Source: Octopus bimaculoides
Lineage: Eukaryota
Assembly: GCF_001194135.2 (NCBI RefSeq)
Contig: NC_068981.1
Span: forward strand, 37,652,761-37,716,760
DNA length: 64,000 bases
Direction: 5' to 3'
The translations under genes were made by a program, and so were the position numbers. The notes beneath the pieces are model-generated. The model searched no databases and had not been told where the DNA came from. It was given only the letters and a program-made list of their open reading frames with translations. Each line of letters opens with the position of its first letter. The stretch's first letter is position 1. Below, piece by piece: positions 53,365 through 64,000 of this stretch.

Positions 53365-53585
53365 TTTATCTACTCTAGACACAAGGTCTGAAATTTTGGG
53401 CGAAGGGGCCAGTAGATTAGATTGACTCCACAATGCAAGTGGTACTTAATTTATTGACCCCAAAAGGGTGAAAGGCAAAGTCGACCTTGGTAGAATTTGC
53501 ACTCAGAATTTGCACATGAAGACAAGAAATACTGCTAAGCATTTTGCCTGGCATGCTAATGTTTCTACCAGCTCTCTGCCTCCTT
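53365..53585 (-). mobile_element. SINE (family of 23650-23855)
   Basis: ggtgaaaggcaaagtcgaccttggtagaatttgcactcag...gctaagcattttgcctggcatgctaatgtttctaccagctc is collinear with 46803-47045. Confidence 0.85.
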
Positions 53586-54209
53586 TGCAAAGTATACTGT
53601 AATATCACTTACAGCAATATTGAAAATCATAATTTGCTTCTTACACATCCTATGTTATATCTTGACTGAGAGAAAAGTAAATGCTTATTTAAGGTGATTA
53701 GCAATTTAAATTTAGTTAAATGAAATTATATTTTCATTGAGATAAAGTAAATATTGTTGAACAAACTCAACAAAATGGTGAAAAAAAGAATGAAAATTGT
53801 CTGGACCAATGGTGATAGAAAAATGTTTACACATAGGCTGTGTGGTTAAGAAACTCACACTGTGTCCATATGGTTTAGCGTTCAAACCCACTGCACAGCA
53901 TCTACTATAACCCTGGGTCAACCAATGGCCTGTGAATGAATTTGGTAGTCAGAAACCGAGAAATCCAATCCTGCTAGACTGAACAACTTCTTCCTCTCTT
54001 GGACTACTTCATCTTGCACCACTCACATTGCCACCGCCACTTGTCACTCATGCCTGTAGTAATCTATTCCTATGTTTTCTGTACAAGAGCATATGCATGA
54101 AATATAAAAAGCTTTTCTGTTTTTTTTAATGTAAACCTAATATGATCTGCTTATTTTTTTACTTCATTTTCATGTTTTTTATCATCTTTGCATCATCATC
54201 ATCATCATT

Positions 54210-54259
<50 letters not shown>

Positions 54260-55372
54260 TTAACATCTGTTTAACATGCTGGCATGGGTTACACACACAC
54301 ACACACACACACACATAAATGCATGTGATGTGCCTTTGCAAGTGTTTGCCCCTACTACCATCACCACAACCACTTGACAAATGGTTTAGTTGGTTTACTT
54401 TTCCAAGAGATACTAGTATAACATGTGCAAGACTAGTACTAGGGGTAATTTATTTGACTGGACCCTTCAAGATTGTACCCCAGCATGGCTGCAGTCCAGT
54501 GAGTGAAGACAGTAAATGATAAAAAGTAAAATTATACAGATGTTTACTTACTTAAGCTGGTTGAATAAAATTAGTTTGAGGCTTGAACATTGTCAAGTGT
54601 TTTATTTTTGAATATCCTCAAAATGTGTTACAGATGGAAATATTGTAAATATATGCTTTAAAAATAAGGTTTAATAGTCCATAAAATTATAATTATAATC
54701 ACACAATAACTTGTCTAAAACGTTTTAAGCAGCAATATTTACGTTGAAGAATTATAAAATTATTATATTATCAACACCATTGTTGTTACTGCTGCTCTCA
54801 TTGCCATTCTCATCCTCATCCTCATCATCATTGTTGTTGTCATCTTCATAGTTGTCATCACTGTCATCATCACCATTATCATCATGAATAGCAGCAGTAG
54901 TAGTTTGAATTAGATAATTTGTTACAATATACATTATTCCTGTTAAAAATATATATATATATTTGAAGATACTTAGTTTTTACATACATTGCACACACAT
55001 ACACATTTCTGAGAGTTGTATACACATAAATAAATAAATAAATACACACACACATACACACATGTACTTATGCATACATTGTTATCTTAGAAATTGTTAA
55101 ATGCATAATTATTTTGCCACTTTAGCAGAATGATTATTATTATGGTTTCATTTATATCAATATAATGGCAGTTTATAAATGATATAATAGCGTTTATTTC
55201 ATCATGATATTCTTCAGATCTTTATAATTAATGTTCAGAAGAGTTTGACACTTTTGTACTGAAAACTATAAGCTTTATATTAATGGATTTTCTTGACTAA
55301 CTTTCTCATTTAGTTTCTCTTTATCAAACAATAGTATTAACTTCTTGTATCATCTTAAAAAGTACTTCATAT

Positions 55373-55413
<41 letters not shown>

Positions 55414-55616
55414 TATATATATATATTATATTATATATGTATATATTATACATTTGCATATATATATGTAATATTNNNNNNNNNNNNNNNNNNNNNNNNN
55501 NNNNNNNNNNNNNNNNNNNNNNNNNNNNNNNNNNNNNNNNNNNNNNNNNNNNNNNNNNNNNNNNNNNNNNNNNNNNNNNNNNNNNNNNNNNNNNNNNNNN
55601 NNNNNNNNNNNNNNNN

Positions 55617-55681
<65 letters not shown>

Positions 55682-55850
55682 CATATACAAAATAGAGTCA
55701 CTGTTAAGAGAGGTTAGTGTAAGACTGCAATCATAAATATAAATATCATAACAATAGTCAAACTATTTCATTTACATTGCAAAAATATATTTCTATAATA
55801 TCCTTTCTGTCTCTGTCTCTTGTATCTCTTTCTCAATATAATTGTCTTAC

Positions 55851-56067
55851 TGGTTTCAGTCATTGATCTGCAGCCATGCTAGTACTCTGCTTTCCACTTG
55901 TTGTTTAATCAATGATGTTGGTGTCAGTACTTCACACAGTTTGGTAATTATTTCATTAATATCCATTTGTCGAACAGCTAACTTGCAAGACATTAAGAGA
56001 TGCAACATGACATTATGGCTGTCATTCAGAAGTGAAGATGACTTGGTAATATGCATCATGCTTTTGG
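55851..56067 (-). CDS. Weak candidate coding exon of unknown product
   Basis: Acceptor atcatttAG at 56069-56068, then ~70 open codons (KSMMHITKSSSLL...LCEVLTPTSLIKQQVESRVLAWLQIND*) in non-repetitive DNA. No homology recognised. Confidence 0.2.
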
Positions 56068-56809
56068 CTAAATGATTATATTGCTAATTCTTATGTAGTC
56101 ACAAAGTGGAACACCCAAGACGTTATAAGTGAGAAGAAAGAGAAGAGGAGACAGAAAAGAGGAGAGAGAGAAGAGGAGAGAGAGAAGAGGGGAGAGAGAA
56201 GGGGGGAGAGAGAGAGAGAGAGATAGGGAGAGAGATAGAGAAGGAGAAAAGGTGGGGATTACTTTTTCTGCATTTGGCTGATATTTTTCTGATTCAAGTA
56301 GAGAAGATAAAAGGCAAAGTTGACTCCAGCAGGATTTGAACTCAGAGCACATACAGCCAGAATATAATGTTTTTGTTTTATACAATGATCTAATAAGTCT
56401 ACCAAATGAATGCCTTGGGCATAACATAAACACAAATGTGAATACCGATACACACACATATGAATACACAACAGACTCCTTTGCAATTTTTGTCTAACAG
56501 ATTCTACTTATAGAACATTGTACCCTGAAGTGTATTCACACTAAGGATCATATGTTTGAGAAATGAGTTTTGTCAAACTACATGGCTATTCATCTTTACC
56601 ATCATCATTGTCATCATCATCATCCTCATTGTCACCGTCATCATTTTAACACCCATTTTCCCATACTTGCATGGTTTATACAAACTTTATTGAGGCAAAC
56701 CTTGGTACAGCCAAATGCCTTACCTGTAATCAAATTTTACCCATTTCCAAGCAAGATAATAATTCCGCATATTTCCAAGCAAAGTTATAATTCCGCATTA
56801 AGAAAATCA

Positions 56810-57445
56810 TCAAATGGTGAGAGAGTTTTGTTATTTAAGAGATAAGGTGGATGTGAAGCAGGTGTGACAGCAAGAGCGAGACTTGGCTGGTTGAAGCTCA
56901 GGGAATGCGGAATGTTGTTATATGGGGAAAGGTTCACATTGAAGATGAAAGGAAGGGACTATAAGAGTTGTGTGAGAGCTGCAATGCTGTATGGGAGTGA
57001 GACATGGTGTCTGAGGGAGAGAGAGATGGTAATTTTGAGAAGGACTGAGAGAGCAATGGTGAGAGAAATGTGTGGGATGAAGCTGTTTGATAAGAGGAGG
57101 ACTGAGGATTTGATGGGAATGCTGGGGCTGGAGGAATCGGTGGAATGGTTTGTAAGGGTGAATGGAGTGAGGTGGTATGGGGATGTGTGGAGGAGGGATG
57201 AAGTGTATATTCTGAGGAGGGTGATTGCATTTGAGGTAAATGGAGTGCAAAAGCAAGGTAGACTGAGGAATAAGTGGAGGGAAGAGGTGGAGGAGGAGAT
57301 TGGGAGGGCTGGTTTGAAAAAGAGGATCCCCAAAACCGGGCAAGATGGCAAATGGTGTGAAGGTGGTTGCTATGACATTGAAGTAATTCCAGCCACCCAT
57401 GTTAATGGGGACAAAACCCGGATTTAAAATACTGGATGATGATGA
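56810..57445 (+). mobile_element. RTE-clade LINE 3' part with (GAT)n tail
   Basis: ORF 56864..57427 TARARLGWLKLRE..YKSCVRAAMLYGSETW..LRRTERAMVREMCG..VRWYGDV..GRLRNKWREEV. Confidence 0.92.
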
Positions 57446-57464
57446 TCATCATCATCGTCATTTA

Positions 57465-58860
57465 ACGTCCGTTGTCCATGCTGGCAGTTTGGCTAGTGCT
57501 GGTCAGCTTAAGGCTGCACCAGACTCCAGTCTGATTTGACATTGTTTTCTATAGTTGGATGCCCTTCCCAATACCAACCACTCTGAGAGAATAATGGGTG
57601 CTTTTACGTGCCACTAGTATGGGTACCAATTATCTGACGCCAACATCAACCATGACTACGATTTCACTTGGCTTGACGGGTCTTCTCAAGCACAGCATAT
57701 TGCCAAAGATCTCAGTCACTAGTCATTACCTCTGTGAGGCTCAAAATTCAAAGATCATGCTTCACCACTTCGTCCCATGTTTTCCTGGCTCTACTTCTAC
57801 TACAGGTTTTCTCCACAGAGATCAGCACTTCTTTACACAGTTGTCTTTGTCCATACACATCACATGACCATACCAGTGCAGTTGTCTCTCTTGCACACCA
57901 CATCTGCTGCCTCTTATGCCTAACTTTTCTTTCAAGATACTTACACTCTGTTCACTTCGCATGTCCAGCAACGCATACTAGCTTCATTTCTTTCAAGCCG
58001 ACACATATCCTTGTCTGTCACAGCCCATGTTTCACCGCCATGTAGCATGGCTGTTCACACACAGTCACCAAACAATCTGCCTTCCATTTTGAGAGAGAGG
58101 CATTTTGTTGCCAGCAGAAGTAGATCTCTAAACGTTGTCCAGCCTAATCTTATTCTCACAGCTACGCTTTTGGAGCATCCACCTCCACAACTAACTTGGT
58201 CACCTACATAATGGAAACTATCTACTACCTCTAGCTTGCCTGCCTGGCAGTTGTTGGGGGTTTATTTTCTGCACATTTTCAGTGTTTATTGTATCTGTGC
58301 ATCTTCCACTTACAAATGCTCTGATATTGCTGCACGTTTTATATGTCCTAAGCATATACCGGGTGCATCTACTAATGGATGCCTTTTCTGCAGATCAAGC
58401 AGAGCCATCTACCTGAGGGGACTTGTGATTTGTCTGCCTTCCTACGCACTAAGGCTTTGGTTTTTGCTAGGTTAACTGTAAGACTCTTCGATTTTAGACC
58501 TTGTTTCCATACCTGGAATTTCTTCTCTACTTCCAGTAGTGATTCAGTTATAAGAGCAAGGTCATCAGCATAGAGGAGCTCCCAGGGGCATCCCATCTGA
58601 AGCTCTTCTGTTATTGCCTAGAGGACTATGATGAACAAGAGGGGCTGAGCACTGATCCTTGGTGAACCCCTACTTGTACCCTGAATTCTTCACTATACTT
58701 ATTGCCAACTCTCACCTTACTGGTAGTATCCTGTACATGGCTTGCACAGCTCTCACCAACCACTTGTCTTTCTCTAGTTTCCACATTGACTCCCAGATAA
58801 GGGATCAGTGGGGGACCCTGTCAAAGGCTTTCTCTAACTACACAGCTATGCTCGTGCCTA
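57465..58860 (-). mobile_element. RTE-clade LINE (RT domains 4-7 to 3'UTR), 5'-truncated
   Basis: VQVGVHQGSVLSPLLFIIVL, CPWELLYADDLALITES, VNLAKTK, then the shared 3'UTR block and (ATG)n tail. Confidence 0.93.
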
Positions 58861-59817
58861 TATAAGTACAGGCACATGCATAGCTATGTGATTATGAAAT
58901 TTATTTCCTAATCAAGTGGTTTTAGCTCCAGTCCCACTGTACGGCATCTTGGGCAAGAATTTTTTACTCTGTACCGGAATTGACCTAAGTCTTCTGAGTG
59001 AAAGTGGTGAATGGAAACTGAAAGAAAACCATTGTTTTATGTGTGCATGCATATGTGTGTGTGTGCATGTGTGCGTGTGTATGAGAGAATAAATTTCCTT
59101 AAGAAATTAATCGCATTTTATGCATTCAAACTCATACTTTCACGCACTCACCCAAACACATGTATGTATACATGCATGCACACTTACTGTATGATTTTTA
59201 TAAAAATAACACTCTATATATTTAGGTTTCAAAGGCTATTATCATAACTTTGGCCAATTTCAGTGTATTTCAGTGCAACACAATGACAGTGACCAGGTTG
59301 TATATTTATCCTGAAAGAGTTGGACACCTAATAATATATATATATCACTATTACAAAATGACAAGGCAGAAAAAGTTAATATAAATGTGGTTATGAGTGT
59401 ATGTTTTTAATGGATACAATGACACTACAATGAAGCAATATTTTTTTAGACCCAATAGTCTCAAATCAAATAATCACTTTCCAAACAAGTGCAAGCTAAG
59501 CATATATACATAAATACATACATATGTATATATCTATATNNNNNNNNNNNNNNNNNNNNNNNNNNNNNNNNNNNNNNNNNNNNNNNNNNNNNNNNNNNNN
59601 NNNNNNNNNNNNNNNNNNNNNNNNNNNNNNNNNNNNNNNNNNNNNNNNNNNNNNNNNNNNNNNNNNNNNNNNNNNNNNNNNNNNNNNNNNNNTATATATA
59701 TATATATATGTACATGCGTGTGTGTGTGTGTGTGTGTGTGTGCATGTGCACATATATATATATATATGTATATGTATATGTGTATGTATGTGAGTGTTTT
59801 TGTGCATATATATATAC

Positions 59818-59855
<38 letters not shown>

Positions 59856-60164
59856 AGATATATACATATATTCAGATACATATATATTCCTAAATATGTG
59901 TATATATTCATGTGCACACACACAAACACACACACACACACGCACACCACGTGTTGAGTTAGCTGAAGCAGCAGGTTTATACTTTGGATATTAAATCAGT
60001 GCAGATATATATGATTTACAGCAATAAGAGAGAATGATATACTAAACTGACAACACCATAAAAAAGAGGTATATAACAGTCAATATATAACTTGCTGTTG
60101 GTTTAGGTTTTAAAGCTTAAATGTATAGCAAGATGAAGTAACAGGGAACAATGTATAGAGAGGC

Positions 60165-60197
<33 letters not shown>

Positions 60198-60502
60198 TAG
60201 ATAGATAGAGAAAGAGAGAGAGAGAAAGTGATAGATAGGTAGAAAGGTAGAGAGAGACAGGCAGGCAGACAAATAGGCAAATAGAAAGGCAGACATATAT
60301 ACAGGCAGACAGACTGTGAATAATGAAGTATATGTGCAAGTACAGTATAAGATAGAAAAAAACAGTATATAAATGCCCTTACAGGAATTGAACCACATTT
60401 TTTCAACCATTCATCCATGATAAAATACACACACATATATAGATATATACACCACTGTCCAACCAATGCCAGCATGGAAAATGGACCTTAAATGACAATG
60501 CT

Positions 60503-60562
<60 letters not shown>

Positions 60563-60704
60563 ACAATGACAGACAGTTAAATAGATAAATTGACAGTCAG
60601 ACCGACAGATAGACAGATAAATAAATAGCTAGCTAGCTAGATAGATAACTACTTGGCAAAATTGTTAATTATTAATTGACGATTCCCTGCCCTTATTCTT
60701 GTAT

Positions 60705-60730
60705 ATGTAGCTAGATAGATAGATAGATAA

Positions 60731-60814
<84 letters not shown>

Positions 60815-61028
60815 GTAGATAGGTAGGTAGGTAGGTAGGCAGGCAANNNNNNNNNNNNNNNNNNNNNNNNNNNNNNNNNNNNNNNNNNNNNNNNNNNNNN
60901 NNNNNNNNNNNNNNNNNNNNNNNNNNNNNNNNNNNNNNNNNNNNNNNNNNNNNNNNNNNNNNNNNNNNNNNNNNNNNNNNNNNNNNNNNNNNNNNNNNNN
61001 NNNNNNNNNNNNNNNNNNNNNNNNNNNN

Positions 61029-61116
<88 letters not shown>

Positions 61117-61150
61117 GTAGATAGGTAGGTAGGTAGGTAGGCAGGCAAGT
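60705..61150. repeat. (GATA)n/(GGTA)n tetranucleotide array spanning a gap
   Basis: Directly visible; the same GATA-GGTA-GGCA ending occurs on both sides of gap 60847-61028. Confidence 0.95.
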
Positions 61151-62212
61151 AGATACTGAGAGAGAAAGATACCTGGAGCTGAATCAAAACAACTCAAATA
61201 TCTCATATTTATCAATGAAATGCTTTCAATTTGAAGAGAAAAACCACACATGGGACAGACAAAGGAAATTTATTGCCATAGTAATAATTTGACTTATGTA
61301 AAAAGACAAATGTATTGTATATATCCTTAGAGGTCAAGATCATAAGTTACTAACAAGAAAAATATGAAAATGGAAGACAAGTTTTCAAGTCTTCAGTTGT
61401 CAAGTTTGTCTTTCTCGATATTAAAGCAGATCTTAACCACTGAAAGCCTGAAGACAGTATTATCAAGGAATATTTGCTATAACAACATAAAGCAGCATGT
61501 CAAAAATTGGTTGCCCTAAAGAAGACAGGATTAATGATTTAGACTCTAAAGAAGACAGGAGTGAAGAAGGCAAGTCCTTAAGAAGGCAGCTCAGAATAAT
61601 ACTTAGTGCCTCAGATTAAGACAATTAACCTAGAATTTCTAAAGTGCAGTGGTAATTGCTTTGTAAGAATCTTTAACAAGATTATAAAGATTGTTACCTA
61701 TTGCAATACAGCAATAGAGTTTCAGAGTGAATCTAAAACAAACCAACAGCTTCATGAAAGGCAATAATTACTCTGTGAAATATTTTCTGTTGTTATTGTT
61801 TAACCCAGGTCTGCTCTGATGGAGATGACAGAGCTCTGTTCAAAAACCCTCCAGCAGTAACCAACCCTTTTTTCACAGACATAATGCCTCCAAGACAACA
61901 TCATATTCTAACGTGTTTTTCATTTTGATGATAGTAAAGTGTGTCTAGGAAAATTTGGTTGTTATTTCTAATAAAGAGAGAGCTTCTACATCGATCATGT
62001 AGATCTCTCATTGCCTCATGTGAGCAGCAAAAGATATGTGTGTGTGTTTGAAAAGGTTAATCATAAGCGCCCACACACTAGGACAAAAATTTTTCCTCAA
62101 AAAGTTAGTAACATCCTGATAAAAGATTTCATAACATCTTTTAAAAAATAATTTTTTTAAATATCACCTTTACAGTTCAAAGCTGTTTTAAGTAATTCTT
62201 ATAGACTATCAA

Positions 62213-62258
<46 letters not shown>

Positions 62259-63115
62259 CAAGCAAAAAGGATCTTAAGTGTTAGTTTCCAATCTACCAAA
62301 TCCAATTACAAGGCTTTAACTGGTCCAGGCTATTGTAGTAGACACTTGGACAAAATGACACAAGCCAGGCCTCTTTATATTGTGCCACTTTATACCCTCT
62401 AATTTATTGGTCCAAGCTAACAAGGACAATAAAACAGTTACCAGATTGTAGTGAGAACTGGGATTAATATAACTGAATACATGCTTGAAAGTTTGCTACC
62501 AGGCTATTGTCTGGTAACAGCACAAGAATAAATTTATCATAATTCTACATATGTTTTCACATGCTGTCATGTGATGGCTGGGTTTTGTAAGGCAATGCAT
62601 AATGGCCATATTCCACTGCCACCCATCAACCATTCTAGTTGCCTCTTTACATCACATAAGGAAGTAGTACATCTATTCTAAAATCAAGATGCAAATGCTA
62701 ATATTAAAAAAAATTAAAAAATTAAAAACAATTCCTGTATTTGAATGTGTTTATAAATTTTCACCATTCCGCTGATAATTTATAATATTTAATATTTCAT
62801 TTTCGCCTCATTTCTCATTAATGATCTTATATATTGGAAACAGTGCAATGTGTATATCGTTTTCACTCTTCTTGATTTGTTTTTCTCTTTCTCCTGATAT
62901 TTTGTTTCTCTTTGGAAAACAGAAATTAGAAATAGGTACTCAAGAACCGCTTTGGCTATCACACTTTAGCAAATCCAGTTATTTACATCAAATTATAAGA
63001 TTTCAATATTTAATTCCTTAATTGATTTCTTATAATTTTCAAATGTATATGTCAATTCAATTAGCAATGGATTTCAATTTAGTATATTTTCATTAATCTA
63101 ACATCATTACATCAA

Positions 63116-63171
<56 letters not shown>

Positions 63172-63919
63172 TAAAATACATATAAATATCTTTATATATA
63201 TATACATATTATACACACACACGCACACACACACACACATACATATATATATATACATATATACAGACATGTTTATATACATGCACACACATACACACAC
63301 AGTGTATGTCTGTGCGTATGTATGTGTTTGTGTATATGCGCATACATATTCAGATGTGTGTGTGTGTAAACGTATGTGTGTGTGTGTAAGCATAGGTGTG
63401 TATTGCCAAATGAAATTAGTTTGTTTCAGAAACACCATATTCAGATGAATAACTGTAAGTGAATTAACAACAACAATCATCAAAGTGATGACTGTTGTTG
63501 CTGTTGTTGTTATCATCATCATTATCATTATTATTATGTCCACGCATTTAAGATGTTTATCACTTTGCTCTGTATGTCTCGAAAATATTCATTGATTTTT
63601 TGTCCTTTTTGAGGCTTGCTATTGCTAATTTTTGTGTCTCCTTTCGCTATAGAACCCATTACGACCTCAAAAGACTTGTTATATTTTTGAGTTACTGTGC
63701 CACTGAGGCTTATCAGTTCAGTTGTTTCAATCCCTGAATTGTTGCCATGCTGGCTGGTGCACTGCATTGAAGTGTTTAAGTTAAACAAGTCGGGTCCCCT
63801 TACTTGTTTTTTCGTTTTTATTTAAAGTCTTGTTCTTACTCTATTGGCCTCTATTGCTGAACTGCTAACTTAGAGGGACATAGACAAACTAACATCATTT
63901 TAAAGAAGCAGGGGGACAA

Positions 63920-63920
<1 letters not shown>

Positions 63921-64000
<80 letters not shown>
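63921..64000. repeat. (CA)n microsatellite
   Basis: Directly visible to the end of the window. Confidence 0.97.

Noticed and set aside
3106-59994. Many listed ORFs rich in IY/HT/CV repeats, poly-I/D/S or X
   Set aside because: They are translations of microsatellites or run through N gaps.
60705-61150. Apparent tandem duplication of the GATA-GGTA-GGCA array
   Set aside because: Identical ends on both sides of an N gap point to redundant contig ends, i.e. an assembly artefact.
63534-63788. 84-aa ORF with FEVVMGS (PLE RT-like FDVxMGS)
   Set aside because: A single short motif whose frame begins inside a SINE-type repeat; insufficient evidence.
1-64000. CRISPR arrays, rRNA, operons or other prokaryotic systems
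   Set aside because: The sequence is eukaryotic and repeat-rich; no regularly spaced repeats with unique spacers and no rRNA-like segments were seen.

Overview
AT-rich eukaryotic draft scaffold with 12 N-gaps and very dense (CA)n/(TA)n/(AAT)n/(ATG)n/(GATA)n microsatellites. The SINE types and microsatellite load look like an octopus or other coleoid cephalopod genome; this is pattern recognition from memory, not a database search. No host protein-coding gene can be supported, only a few weak exon candidates. The window is mostly decayed transposons: tRNA-headed SINEs, RTE-clade LINE pieces, R4/Dong-type (RLE) LINE 3' ends, one 5'-intact but 3'-truncated Tx1/L1-type LINE, two mariner remnants, a Ty3/Gypsy remnant lacking RT-RNaseH, an LTR-like unit and several Penelope-like (PLE) remnants. 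The most interesting signal is a set of type I minimal hammerhead-ribozyme motifs (CUGAUGA...GAAA): an inverted pair forming a 220-bp hairpin at the 5' end of a PLE remnant (52062-52281), one inside a tRNA-headed SINE (41295-41340), a cluster of three at 18.9-19.65 kb and a degenerate one at 4.1 kb. Several fold-back inverted repeats could also make long dsRNA. Boundaries of decayed repeats are approximate (tens of bp). Family names come from manually translated motifs.
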